Positions 20,626-33,963 are shown, counted from the whole stretch's first letter. The stretch is 63,208 nt of DNA, filler included, from Lenisia limosa (GCA_001655205.1; 13 parts of 13 records of this genome joined end to end with filler, not necessarily neighbours in it); one strand, 5' to 3'. Notes: generated by a model from the sequence alone, not told the origin. A program made the numbers and translations.

Positions 20626-21930
20626 ATGCTTGAACCCATATCCCCGTCTGTTCCGTTAATACCCACTCTGGACCCAATCCATGCAGGTTTGTTGCTGTTC
20701 ACTCAGGCCCAAAACAGATGGAATTCTCAAAATCCTCGATCTTCAACCCCCCGAGTGATGGGATGCGGNNNNNNNNNNNNNNNNNNNNNNNNNNNNNNNN
20801 NNNNNNNNNNNNNNNNNNNNNNNNNNNNNNNNNNNNNNNNNNNNNNNNNNNNNNNNNNNNNNNNNATTTCCCATTTTTACTCCCCCCCCCCCCAGCTCCC
20901 TCTGAGCCGATAACCGAAGAATCCCTCAATACAAGGTGTCGGGATTTGTCCCTGAAAGAGCCCCTGAAAAGCACATCGATTTCGGCCCTCCATGTATGCT
21001 CTCACTGCTGACTCCGCTGAAATCTCAATATATCGTCGATGAATATTGTTTTTCTACTCGTTTTCTGCAACAGAACTGCAGCTTTTCTACGCTTATCGCA
21101 ACAGGAAACTTTACTCCGCATTGAAGCCGAATCTATCAAAAGGCACCAGCAAGTCACAAACCAGCTGGGCGATATCTCCGTCTGTTGGGATACTATGTCT
21201 TGTGCCGTTTGTTTATATCAAAAATTGCCCCCCTACCCGTCCAATACTGTAACCCCTTCAGCTACGAGTGAAGCATTTGGAGAAGATCGCCCTCTCTAAT
21301 GCCTGCATTCTGGGCCAGCTTTCTACCGTATGCAGTTGTAGTGATAGGACAATACCTCATTCCCCATTCCACCATTTTTACGCCAATATTCTTTACTGGA
21401 GTGATGGGATGCGGTGCTGCAGAAGCGACTGGCTTGGGCTTTGTTTTGTCAGCCACCAGAGTTGATTTAGACTTTTTTTTGTTTCATAAATTTCAAATTT
21501 TACTCCCCCCCCCCCCCNNNNNNNNNNNNNNNNNNNNNNNNNNNNNNNNNNNNNNNNNNNNNNNNNNNNNNNNNNNNNNNNNNNNNNNNNNNNNNNNNNN
21601 NNNNNNNNNNNNNNNNNNNNNNNNNNNNNNNNNNNNNNNNNNNNNNNNNNNNNNNNNNNNNNNNNNNNNNNNNNNNNNNNNNNNNNNNNNNNNNNNNNNN
21701 NNNNNNNNNNNNNNNNNNNNNNNNNNNNNNNNNNNNNNNNNNNNNNNNNNNNNNNNNNNNNNNNNNNNNNNNNNNNNNNNNNNNNNNNNNNNNNNNNNNN
21801 NNNNNNNNNNNNNNNNNNNNNNNNNNNNNNNNNNNNNNNCTCCTTTCATGCACCTAAAAGATGGTAGAGCATATCGATAATCATCATCTAGCTACCAGCA
21901 GTGCTGGGGTCAATGGTGTTGTTATGAAGT
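20626..21930 (+). CDS. Multi-exon gene, unknown protein
   Basis: GC-richer blocks bounded by GT/AG, e.g. TAAFLRLSQQETLLRIEAESIKRHQQVTNQLGDISVCWDT and LRVKHLEKIALSNACILGQLST. Interrupted by gaps, and frames are not all resolved. Confidence 0.45.
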
Positions 21931-22429
21931 CACGTGAATTGTACGGAGCTCAAATTATACAGATGAAACCATTTCACGTTGTTTAATGTGAATTTGTGTC
22001 AGTAGTAAAATAAGCCATATCTTGGACCCCTGAATTGTAAAAGGGAACATAAGTGCATTAAAAAGAGAAACATGAAACTACATAAACATGAATAATACCT
22101 TGAATTGACCTAAAACTACTCACTCCAAATCACGCCAATCACTATCACGCCACAAATCTGCCCGACCCCGCATTGCGCCCTCGCGCGTAACGTCCGCGTG
22201 GTATCGCCTTTGAAGTGAGAAGACAACGATCAAAAAACATGGCGTATTAAAATACTAGCATCCGTTTGGTGTCCACATTCTTAGTCATACAAATCCCTAG
22301 GGCTTAGTACAATTATTTGAATTAATTGCAAAATTTGAAGTGCGACATATTGTATTGTAAACTCTTTCAGACACTTTAATTTCAAAATATATAAATTAAT
22401 TTCCTCAAATAATTAATTGCACAGAGGCA

Positions 22430-23573
22430 TACAAATCCCCAACCTTAGTCACAGGCTTCGGCTCGGGGGTGGCAGCTGCCGGGTTCTTTTGAGCGTCGAA
22501 AGCCCCGAAATCTAATTCTGGACTTTGTCGGGCGGCCTGAGGGGGGGGGGGGNNNNNNNNNNNNNNNNNNNNNNNNNNNNNNNNNNNNNNNNNNNNNNNN
22601 NNNNNNNNNNNNNNNNNNAACCTCAATGAGAGCAAACGCAAAAGTTATCAGGGGACTTGATACGGAAACTCTCACCCACAGTATTCCCTGGAATCGGTTG
22701 CGGCAGCAAACTTGATGACGAATTAAACTGATTATTGCTGACAACCTGGGGGTGCGCTGCGGAGGGTGTCGGGACGGCTCGATGGGGGGATATGGGGTTG
22801 AATTGCTGGTTTTGGGGGGACGGGGGAAAGCCTGAATGATTAGTGAAGTTGATATGCGAAACAATAGAAAACATGTAGTACTAGTATGTAAATGACGTGT
22901 CAACGAATTTAGGATGGGATAAGGTAAACTTGGTAAATTAAATAGGGCTTTCCTTCGCTTCTGATGAAAAATCATATCATATCACATAATGATCACCCTA
23001 AGAATTTTGCGTGAGGTCATTCCAGATCATAGCATTCTACTGCATCATATTGAAGTCCCAGTAGAAATACCTTTATTTACTTGGGAAGTGGGGGTCCCGG
23101 CAGGCGTGTGGTGTTGAGGCGAAACTGAGCTCCTACAGTGGTCAAACTCTTTTATCCCAAATACCTTCCTGAAATTGATTTACACCTTCCAAAAAAGACA
23201 TTTTTCACCCTCCCCTCCCCCACCTATAGGACTTTCCTGGCGAGTCAGCCCGGGGTAGGGAGCCCTGGGTTTGGAAATGTGACGCTGGCGAACTCTGATC
23301 CTGACAGGTGAGAAAGGGTGATAGAGATTTGGCCATAATAATTTTAACAGGTGAGAAATGAAGGGATATTGATATTTAGCCTATTAAAATACCCCTTCGA
23401 AGTTGACTCCAAGCCAATTACCACCCCCTTCCCACCCAAGCAGTTGATGATTACTCCAAACAGAGTGCTTTTTCAATTATCAAAAATTTATACTCCTCAT
23501 TCCCCTCCCACAGAGAGTTTCGGGACAAACGGAAGGTCCGGGGTGCTACTGTGCTGGAGAGCTGGAGTGCTGG
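22430..23573 (-). CDS. Ser/Pro/Gln-rich low-complexity protein, partial
   Basis: In-phase exons DQSSPASHFQTQGSLPRADSPGKSY-RSSVSPQHHTPAGTPTSQ, plus GFPPSPQNQQFNPISPHRAVPTPSAAHPQ and AARQSPELDFGAFDAQKNPAAATPEPKPVTK. Confidence 0.45.
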
Positions 23574-24219
23574 NNNNNNNNNNNNNNNNNNNNNNNNNNN
23601 NNNNNNNNNNNNNNNNNTTAATTAATTAANNNNNNNNNNNNNNNNNNNNNNNNNNNNNNNNNNNNNNNNNNNNGTGAGTGGTCTGTGTGGAGTGGGTGTT
23701 CTGTTTTTCTTTTGTTGTGGGGGGAGGGGGGTGATTAAACTCATAGTGGAAGTTTAGGGAAATTTTTTTTGCCCTTACCATATTAGGCAAGGACACTTAC
23801 CATATTAGGGAATCACACTTACCTTATTAGGCCATCAGAGTCAGGAGGCCGTAGAGAGAAACTTCGAATTGAGGAAGAAACCAATCAATCTGGTGGAATT
23901 GACGTCCAGGTGTGTGGGGGGGGGGGGNNNNNNNNNNNNNNNNNNNNNNNNNNNNNNNNNNNNNNNNNNNNNNNNNNNNNNNNNNNNNNNNNNNNNNNNN
24001 NNNNNNNNNNNNNNNNNNNNNNNNNNNNNNNNNNNNNAGGTGTAAGGCAAATGATTGGGTCAATTAATTTTTACTGTAATCCAATATCTCTTTAATGATG
24101 GTGTGGACGGTGTCGGCCAGATATTTATTTTGTCATATCTGCCACATTCATACATTCCCGTTTGATCTCATATAATCAGTCATCTCTTACTATTCTAATC
24201 ATCCGTTTCCTTATCCATG

Positions 24220-24770
24220 CAGACTGTCGACAACTTCCAGGGAGAGGAAAATGAGGTTGGCTTCTTGTTGTGCTTTTGCTTCATCTGGATACATTATAAT
24301 TACACATTGTTATTCATATGGCATCATTTACCTATCTAATATATGTGCATATGTATGATACACCCATTTACCCCGCAGATTATCCTGCTTTCTCTGACTC
24401 GCACACAACGTCCAACTGGGTTCATTAGGAAGATGAACCGAGCTATTGTGGCTGGTGGGGGGAGCAAAGATATTATTGTGGCTAGGAGGAGAATGAATAT
24501 TAATTTGGATTTGCTTTCTCATTGTGCTAAATATCATCGACCATGTCTATTATTACTTTCTGGGGTTGCAAGGGAGGGGGAGGGTGCTAAATAAACTGTT
24601 GAAGCTTAATATAATTATGATATCCCCTTTTTGCTTCTTAGAGTCCTTTTCTTCTCTTAGCGGGTATAGTAATTCGAAAGTAACATCCTGCGTTATTTGA
24701 ATGTAGTGTCCCGTGCCCGTTCGATCTTCGTTGCATTCGGAAACAAAAGCCTTCTCAGAGGCATTGATTC
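24220..24770 (-). CDS. Possible multi-exon gene, unknown
   Basis: A phase-consistent join WTLCASQRKQDNLR-DEAKAQQEANLIFLSLEVVD. Weak otherwise. Confidence 0.3.
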
Positions 24771-25216
24771 CTGGGACAACGTATGTTGGGAATACTGTGA
24801 TTAATCCTCGATTAATATCGATATTTACATGTCTTTTGGAACCGAATGTGACGTTCTTGGATCAACATAACCCATGACACAATAATCTTGAATTCAATAT
24901 CTATTCTTTCTAAAACATGAAAATATCCATATTTATCATGAATTTATCGAGAATTTATCTTGAATTTATCATGAATTTAATAATCCAGAAATTATCGAGA
25001 ATTTATCGAGATATTTTTGAAAATCCGTTTTTTTTTTGAACCGGGAGTGAAAAGCTGGGTTATAATTATCACATAACTCCCTTTATACTAGCTCATCATC
25101 TTAGATCATGCCAAAAATGCACGTCATTGGAGACTACGTGGCATCCTCTCCCGACTGTATGATTAGGGTTTAGTTAACACAAATGAAGACAATTCTCAAT
25201 AAAACATCAATATATA

Positions 25217-25294
25217 CGGTGACCAGGATAAATCTTGACCGATTTGCAATGTGATTTCCCAAAGAAAATAGGTTACAACTTATCCCGGTCACTG
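25217..25294. mobile_element. MITE family B copy
   Basis: ta|cggtgaccaggataaatcttgaccgat...acttatcccggtcactg. Confidence 0.75.
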
Positions 25295-26042
25295 TGTATA
25301 TATTTCGATAGTTAACCTATCGTTATTCTTCAACGCGTCATCCTCTCCCGACGGTCTGGTTAGGGCGTATCTCCATTAGAAAAATGATCAGTAAACTATC
25401 GAAAAACATGCACTTACCGAGATAAGTTTTGACCGATTTTCCTTGGGAAATCACATTGCAAATCGGGCAAGTTATCTATGATATTTTCTAGATAATATAT
25501 ATAATTATATATATACATATAAACATGTAGATATATATATCGAGGTTTTATCGAGTTTGTCGATCCGAAGTGAAGCCCTGCATCCCACTTTGCCTCATAA
25601 ACCCCAATGTTTAATACACTTCATTTACTTATCAGCTTGTAATATTGCTACTGATATGTCTTTTTTTTTTGTTTCATAAAATTTATAATTACTCCCCCCA
25701 GCCATATCCCTCACCTGCCCNNNNNNNNNNNNNNNNNNNNNNNNNNNNNNNNNNNNNNNNNNNNTTAATTAATTAANNNNNNNNNNNNNNNNNNNNNNNN
25801 NNNNNNNNNNNNNNNNNNNNTTTGAAGGCTTTAATTGCCGTTTTGTACGATCTGTTTAGCAGTCATTTCAGTTACCGTTAAAAGATGACCTGTTTTTCAA
25901 AGATAACCAGTTTAGTGTTTCGGCCATTCAAAGATAACCAGTTTAGTGTTCCGCCTAATTGCCGTTCAAAAATGACGGTACATCACACTACATAGTTGCC
26001 ATTAAAATCAAAGATAACCAGTTTAGTGTTTCGGCGACGTAG

Positions 26043-26471
26043 CTGCTGAGGCTCTTTTGGCAGAACAGGATACCAAGAAAGTCCTTATCGCGTGAGTGTC
26101 AAATGGGCTTCGACGTGTCACTTTTATGATCATAGGGGGGGGGGGGNNNNNNNNNNNNNNNNNNNNNNNNNNNNNNNNNNNNNNNNNNNNNNNNNNNNNN
26201 NNNNNNNNNNNNNNNNNNNNNNNNNNNNNNNNNNNNNNNNNNNNNNNNNNNNNNNNNNNNNNNNNGATATTTATAGAGGATTTAAGAATTTATAGAGGAT
26301 TTTTTTAAGGATTTCGGGGATTTGGAGGAGTTGGAGGATTGGGAGTTTAAGTCTTTGACCGTAATGGATACGTCTCCTCCACTTTAACATTGCAGTTTTC
26401 TTTCTTCCGACCACCCGAATGCTACTGAGCTCAAGCAAATCCTGCGTGTTTACCTCGGCAACTCAATATAG
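26043..26471 (+). CDS. Last two exons of an unknown helical protein
   Basis: Exons 26043-26091 and 26396-26471 join in phase: AEALLAEQDTKKVLIAFLSSDHPNATELKQILRVYLGNSI*. Confidence 0.5.
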
Positions 26472-26543
26472 GTTTATTTATTCCGGCTTTTCGCCCCTTT
26501 CTTTTTATGGTATTTTCTCGTTTTGTTGTTCTATTCTGCCGTT

Positions 26544-26740
26544 TTAGTTGTTTCTTAATAGACCACTTTTCTGTTTCAACCCCGCGTTGATTAATCCACT
26601 ACCCCTCGTGATGATATGTTGGGCTATAAACGTTCTCAGCCTCGCCCTTGCCTTTTTCTTAGATGTACGCTGAAGAAGGAGCTTTTGTCCATCATTTGCC
26701 TGCCGCAGTTGGGTTGAAACGACCGCCACCCCCTCTCGAC
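26544..26740 (-). CDS. Possible terminal exon of a basic protein
   Basis: An open frame after a ccag acceptor reads REGVAVVSTQLRQANDGQKLLLQRTSKKKARARLRTFIAQHIITRGSGLINAGLKQKSGLLRNN*. Confidence 0.35.
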
Positions 26741-27206
26741 TGGTGTGGGCTTGGTTTTTATTTTTGTGTTAAATCTTTGTGCGTTTCTCAACTGTTTAGC
26801 TAACAGAGTTGCTTCTGGTTCATTTCATACTTTTTCCAATACCCCCCCCCCCCACCAATATCNNNNNNNNNNNNNNNNNNNNNNNNNNNNNNNNNNNNNN
26901 NNNNNNNNNNNNNNNNNNNNNNNNNNNNNNNNNNNNNNNNNNNNNNNNNNNNNNNNNNNNNNNNNNTTTTTCGAACCGAAGTGAACCCGCGTGTATCTTG
27001 AATGAAACCACTGGAACTGCATTATCAAATGTCTGACATAATTACGACCTGACAGGCTCAGAATGAAATTGGGGTTGGGGGGGGGGGGAGCTTCACTCCG
27101 CTATTGTTTCACAGGAAGACTATAAGGTTAAGAACCCTAGTATGAACTGCCTTTATCATTCACCAACAGCATCAAAAAACTCCATCATCACCATCACCAC
27201 TCGTCA

Positions 27207-28747
27207 TCATACCTCTTTGCTTGATTTCTTCTTCGATTCAGTCTGAGCAATAAAAAGCAAAACACACAAACCCTCAATGAAACATTTACACACCAGATAT
27301 ATAGTGTCAGCCAATTGAGTGCATCCATATATCTTCCCAGCAAACCTCGTTTTGTCCATGAACCTGTATACTCTGGCAGAATTGATCCTCAATATCCCTT
27401 CGAAATAAAACATAAACAATTGACAGAGAGAATATGAAATAGAGAAGAGATATCAAGGTTGTCTGGCACGCTAACAAGATATATTGAATTATTGTAGTAG
27501 TGGAAGTGATATAATCTCAATCATTTGCCTTATCTCTGTACACGCAGCTTTCCGTGGGAATTATTACTCATATTAATTAGCTGTAATCCTCTTCCTGGTT
27601 GATGATCACACACATCTTGTCAAGCCCTCCCCCACCTCATATCATAATCTTGCACATCTAGTGTGAGGCTAAAGGCTGAAAGGTCCACTGAGCCGTCTAC
27701 TGGGTCAAAGGAAATAGTTCAGTTGTGATTATAATGAGAAATACAAAATATAAGTCGAAGCCACACACTCTCACGAAAAATAGGAACCGTCACGACATTG
27801 GAGATAAAGTACTCCGTGAAATTAATATTGTATTAATGTGGAGAAAAAACCGGAACCAAAACACAAGAAAGCTATGATCCACGATTATTCACTCACTCAA
27901 ATATTTGTTATTGATACTATCTTTGGATTCTTGTGAGAGCGTATATCATCCGCGACCAACCAGTTGGGCTGAAAATGTAGCCATTTGCCTTGTCGATTCT
28001 TCCAAGACATTGGAGCATTAGCTCCTTACTCTGAAGAAGTTAGAATTGTTTATGGCATCCCAATTATTTTTTTTGAACAAGAGAAATAACATACAGTAGA
28101 AATCTAGGTAAACAAATAAATACAGTGGGATACTTTTTACAAACTACCATGCTTCCGAGCCACGCTCCTCGGCGCCCTCCTCCCAATGTATCCCCATTAT
28201 ATGTGATACTGTAGCTAGCTATTATTATCAGATCAAGTGGAATCGAATTCTTACGCATCAGATTACCTTTTGTAAAAAGAACAAAAAGCCCCTCAAACGT
28301 GTATTTCGAGGGGAATGAAGGAGACGAGTGAGTAGTCCTGTATGAGGTCTACCAGCGAAGCATTGAGCTGAAGAGTCAGGCTTATCCAGCAAGAAATAAT
28401 ATTTAGAGACCGGGATAGTGTTGACCAATTGAAAATCGGTCAAGACTTATCTCCACTAAATAAATAAAAAAATACATAGTGTACGAAGAAACAAATAGTC
28501 AACTCTTTGACCAAAACAATCACCCGCAAATCTCTAATTTGGGTGAGAGCTATTGTTTAAAAAGTCTGCAGTGACAAAAATTGGCCTTTTATCATCAAAT
28601 AAACAATAAATTGAGCGATGCTATTAATAAAATAACACAATCGCCTTCCACGCACATCATGAAGGTTGGATGTGTCCGGGTCATTGTTAAGCAGCTCTAT
28701 CAACATTTCAAGGTCTGTACCCTGAGTGTAGAACTCCAGTGGCATTT
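27207..28747 (-). CDS. GPN2: GPN-loop GTPase 2, 3' part (5' exons beyond scaffold end)
   Basis: GT-AG exons 28656-28747, 28299-28367, 27961-28030, 27636-27696, 27364-27397 and 27207-27242 are all in phase. They read MPLEFYTQGTDLEMLIELLNNDPDTSNLHDLNASLVDLIQDYSLVSFIPLEIHSKELMLQCLGRIDKANGYIF, matching the GPN2 signature LIEDYSLVSFIPL...DKANGY. Confidence 0.9.
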
Positions 28748-28925
28748 CTACCAAGTAAAAAGGCGATCATGACAAAAGAAACCCTCAACATTACCCCCCC
28801 CCCCCAAACCCACCCAGTTGTCCGTNNNNNNNNNNNNNNNNNNNNNNNNNNNNNNNNNNNNNNNNNNNNTTAATTAATTAANNNNNNNNNNNNNNNNNNN
28901 NNNNNNNNNNNNNNNNNNNNNNNNN

Positions 28926-29423
28926 AGTTCTAGCCCGGGCCAGGTGGAGAGCATGGACACACTCCGCGGCTGTCATGTTCGGCACCACCGTGCCGGGCGG
29001 CATCTTGATCTTTCGGATCGAATTGGTGCACAGACACTGGGGGGGGGGAGACCATGAATCTGAATGGGATTGGAGTGACATGAATAGAGTCAAATGGCTG
29101 GGAGTGAATTTTACTATATTTCATTTGATTAAGTATGTGTGAACGGGATATATTTAGGGCTTCACTTCGGTTCGAAAAACTACCAACAAAATATCGATAG
29201 TTTCGAGGATTTTTCGTGAAATTCAGTCATTTTTCGAACCGAAGTGAAGCTCAAATTTATCAAACCATATTCTATTCGGTGAGAAGAGAAGGAGTGAGAA
29301 ATTGGGTATAGAAGCAAACTCACCTTTTTGTAAAAGCAGAAGAGAAAGCAGAAGGCGCTATAAAGCGCAACAGCATAAATCTGAATTGTGAAAATGCGTC
29401 AAATGCCTTCTGGTTACAAACTC
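28926..29423 (-). CDS. Exon fragments of an unknown protein
   Basis: Blocks with strong splice signals (GVCNQKAFDAFSQFRFMLLRFIAPSAF; CLCTNSIRKIKMPPGTVVPNMTAAECVHALHLA). The phase between them is not resolved. Confidence 0.3.
29157..29252. mobile_element. MITE family A copy (near consensus)
   Basis: ta|gggcttcacttcggttcgaaaaactacc...cagtcatttttcgaaccgaagtgaagctc. Confidence 0.9.
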
Positions 29424-30609
29424 CTGTTATCCCCCCCTTCAGGATTTTAGGCTTGTGAAGACCACCTTCTTATGATACACATCCAGCAACTACAAACACC
29501 AGAGAGCATCCTCACCCCGATTTAAGCCCCTATAAACACCCACGATTTTTGGCCCGACATATTCGTCAGTCTGAATATAGAACATGGCAGTGGGGAAGGT
29601 CTCCGCGGCTGTTTCCGCCTCTAAATTGGCCCTAAATGCGTAAGAATGTGACACACATTAATTATCCTTCTGCGTCATGTTTTTGACAGTCTTATTATAT
29701 CGTTGCTAATTCACCCACGTTTCATTGGCGACAACCTCGGGTTGACTAGCATAAAATTCCATAATAGCCTTTTCAATCTGAGGGGAGTATCATTAAAATG
29801 TATGAGAAACAAAAAAAACTAGGGTGGGGGGGTTGACAAGGGCGTCGATGCTTTAGCTTGAATAAATCAATCATATTAACCATAGACTTCCCACAAACAT
29901 TGATATTTTCATCCATCTCCTTCCAGGCTCCGCCCTCAGCAAGATACGTTCCATTCTACAAGGGTTAAGCGGGTACAAGAAGGCGATACGAAATATTACG
30001 TAAAATTAAATTAGGGGTTCCCCTATGATCCCAGAAAAGACTTTAATTTTACGAATCCTTGATAATTGCCCATATTTGCCAGAATAATTACACATAGAAA
30101 ATCCGTAATAATATTCTGTCACACCACTTTGTCAACTCACCTCATGAATGGCGTTCCAGTAGTTGCTACAGTTCCAGTGTTCAACGTTTAAACTGTCGAC
30201 ATTGACTGAATAATGAGTTAAAATACAGGTGTGAAGACAATAAAGAAATTTGCTATTGGAAATCAACTCTACAAGCAAGCTTCACATTCGAGGTTATTTA
30301 AAAAGAGGGCTCAACNNNNNNNNNNNNNNNNNNNNNNNNNNNNNNNNNNNNNNNNNNNNTTAATTAATTAANNNNNNNNNNNNNNNNNNNNNNNNNNNNN
30401 NNNNNNNNNNNNNNNAAACAAACAAAGCCCATGCCAGTCGCTTCTGCAGCACCGCATCCCATCACTCCAGCGTACGTAACAATGGGAATTTTTAAAACAA
30501 AAAAAAGGCCAAGAATCAACTCTGTTGGTGGGGGGGAGGCAAATGGAGGTTTTTCATTATGATTATCCATACATCTGACAGCAAAGAGACATTTTACCAC
30601 ATTTATACA

Positions 30610-32960
30610 GGATACAGTAATTCCCACCTTGGTCCTGGGTTTGGGGGGACGGAGAAGACATTGGCGAGGGCTGAGGTATGAGGAGTTTGTGAGGAATAAG
30701 AAAATGATTGGTGTCATAATTAACTAAAGAAAAAGATCAAATCAAATAACACGTATTCTGTACAGTATGAGGAGGAAGTTCAAATGAGTCAAGGATGGAA
30801 GATAAAAAAAAAACAAAAAAAGAATACAAAAATATGGAAGTTAAAGAATAGAAGTGAACTAGATGAGCGTATAGACACCCCAGAAAAGAAGATTTGGGGG
30901 AAGATGGTGACAGATTAAAGATAAAAGATGAATAATGAGGAAAACACAAACACCAAAACAAGAGATGGAAAAGCAAAGAGGAGCAAAACTGTCAGACAAC
31001 ATAGTGCTTCACTTCAGTACGAAAAAAAAGACTGAATGTCTCGATAAATCCTCGATAAATTTCGATACTATTCCGATCTTTTTCAGCCCAACTCAGAACC
31101 CACTTCAACGTTGGTTTGGCCATCTTGGGAACCTGGATCGCGTTGATTAGTTTGATTGGGACCTTGTGATGAACTTGACTGGGGGGCTTCAGGCGGGATA
31201 TTATTATTCTGGGGTTGAGATTGTCCTTGGGGCGTGGTAGACGATTCGCTATTCTGGGGTGCGGATGGATGGGGCTGGCTTGAGCATTCAGCAGCCACAC
31301 TATCTTGCTGGGGATAGGGAGTTGATTGCTGTGAGTGGGGAGTTGTGGATTGTTGAACAGGTGACTGACTGGGTTGCTCAATTTGAGGCTGTGCCTGGGT
31401 ATTCTGTTGATTACTTTGTTGATTACTTTGTTGAGCATTTTGTTGACTTGGGGAAGATTCAAGAGGCACACTTGAGGCTTCACGAGAAACCGAATGACTA
31501 CTCCGATTACTTTGATTACCCAATCCTTGCTGATCACACGGGTGACTAGCTTCCTGAGGGGAAGGAGAGCGCTCCGCTGCCGGCTGCTGTAAAGAGCGTT
31601 GTGAGTGGGTGGGGGCACCCTGAGCGTCTCCTGGTTCCAAACTGGTACCCTGGGAATTTGGGGCGCGCTGCGAGCTCAAAACCGCTCTTAATTCCTGTTG
31701 TTTCTTAGGGTCCGTCGTCATAGCAGCAATGAGAGCCGTGAGCACCTGTGTTGTGAGTGTTGATAGAGATGAGAAATGAAATAAGGGCGTACTATGATGA
31801 TGCTAAGCTGTCCCATATTGATGACGATAAGCTGTCCCTTATTGAGATATAAAAATAAAACAATCCTCAAAATCAAGCACAACCCACTTCAGGTTCCAGA
31901 GGCTTGGGTCCTTCAGCAGCTTCTGTCTAAAACAGATCAAATGGTATATGATATCATATGTAAATATCATATTCATATACATGTACGTACACCACAAGTA
32001 TTTACCCCAACCTGGGGTCTCGGATGAGTTGAATTCGGTTCCGTCGGCTCGGAAGGCGGATATGAGGCTTCCGACTGGTCACGTGACAGATTAGAACTGG
32101 ACTGCCTGGGCTCGGGACCCGGGTGGCTTCGGGGGGCTGGCTGTCTTTGTTGATCTGCGTGATTTCTTGTCTGTGCGGATGGAGGTGGGGAAGAACGGAG
32201 ATTGGGTTGTGATTGGTATTGATTACTTTGAGCACTTTGTTGCTGACTTGATAATGCTGGCTGAGAGGGGTAGTGCTGGAGGTAATTTTGCCGGGACGGA
32301 GTTTGAGAATGGGGACGCTGGGTGGAAGTGATCCCATGATCTGATCGAGATTCCTGTATGTAATGCCGTGAATTGCCCTCCTGGGGGCTTGATGATTGGG
32401 CCGCTGGAGAGGCTCGGATGTCGGAAGCATCGGAAGGAGATTGTCCGAGTTGATCCGACGGGGTGTGCGTGGGCGGCTGGGAGGAGGAGGAATGTACCGT
32501 GTCAGATCTTCTTGAATCTTCTCTTTGCGGTTGTGCGTGGGGTATAGGCTGGTGGGTGCTGGAGGGAGGGGGGCTTGATTGAGACTGTCGTGATTGGTTG
32601 GGTCGATTCAATGGGGACGGCTGGGGGGCTGGAGGCTCGGAATGTGTGCGGACGTTTCGCTGAGTTGATGCTGGAGATATTAATAGAGTTGAGAAAAGCA
32701 AGGTTGTATCTGGCCGAAGCCGTTCGTCCACACACCATCACACTTATAAGAGATATTGAATTATGGTATAATAGCAATTCACCCAATCATTTGCCTTACA
32801 ACTCTGTGCACAGAGCTTTCTGCGTGCCTCCCCAGCATACAGTATCTAGCCATATAACCCCCATCCCACATCCTGACCTCCCCCTTATACCCCCTCACCG
32901 CCGCCGTGCAAGGCCGGCATGGAAGCAGTGCTGTTGAGGGGGGCGCTTCTCCGCGGGACC
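30610..32960 (-). CDS. Gln/Ser/Pro-rich intrinsically disordered protein, partial
   Basis: Two long exons (about 32007-32670 and 31100-31748; ORFs of 252 and 220 aa) plus short in-phase exons VPRRSAPLNSTASMPALHGG, TEAAEGPKPLEPE and PSPMSSPSPKTQDQ. One short helical segment, VLTALIAAMTTDPKKQQELRAVL. Confidence 0.7.
31004..31095. mobile_element. MITE family A copy (intronic, one end degenerate)
   Basis: ta|gtgcttcacttcagtacgaaaaaaaagactgaatgtctcgataaatcctcg. Confidence 0.75.
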
Positions 32961-33963
32961 TGCGGGGGTTTAACGCGGTGTTATTGTTAAAATGGAAAAN
33001 NNNNNNNNNNNNNNNNNNNNNNNNNNNNNNNNNNNNNNNNNNNTTAATTAATTAANNNNNNNNNNNNNNNNNNNNNNNNNNNNNNNNNNNNNNNNNNNNG
33101 GATCGGCATTGAATTCGATGCCTGGGGGGTGAGAAATACAGGGGGGGAGGGGGGGGGGCTCTATTAACTCTGAGGTTAGCCCAATTATTTTAGAGAATGC
33201 ATCCCTTCTGTCGCCAGTGCTATAACACTATAATATATACTATGTACAAAATAATGGGACTATTGAGAAGTATACAGCAAAACACAAATGCACAGGAGAA
33301 TGCTGAATTTAATCCAAAAGGCTGAATTAACTGATAAAAACTGAGAAATTATCGACATTTTCAAAATGACACGAACCTGAGTGATACGTTTGAACATTGT
33401 CATTCGGGCGGTAAACTGCTGTGGTAGTTTCAAGCAGTTTTCGTCGCTATAGTGTCAGAAACTTTCACACATACTAGGACTAATCAAAAACACTGAAACT
33501 TGGGAAGAAATCTGTCCAAAGGAACCCTGTTATTGTGTTTGAATACCCATAGTTCTGATTTCCCTATTTCTTAAATTGATTATTCCAACAGATACTTGGT
33601 AATGCAACCAGTTAACCGGATCTCTATGATCCTAGTTTCAATAGAGCCTTTACAGAAAAAAAAAAAATATGGAAGAATGAAAGAGCATGTCAGTGTAAAC
33701 TCAAAACACCCCAGAACCAAAAAAGGAGTATTGCCCACTTGACAATGATGATATTGCCCACTTGACAATGATAATATTGATGGTTTAGGAAAATAAAACA
33801 AGGTCATTCACGTAATTCCCCTCCGTAATTATTTTGGAAAGTCCCTTCGATGGTTGAATAGTGAAAAGTAAAGTGGAAAAATGGAAAACCGAAAAATCGC
33901 AGTCGTGCCACCAAAGAACCCTCATAATAAGAAACACTCATCCAATTACAACAAAAAAATCAA

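Noticed and set aside
25895-26036. CRISPR-like array
   Set aside because: Only three repeats, with spacers of about 4 and 55 nt, in a eukaryotic context with no cas genes.
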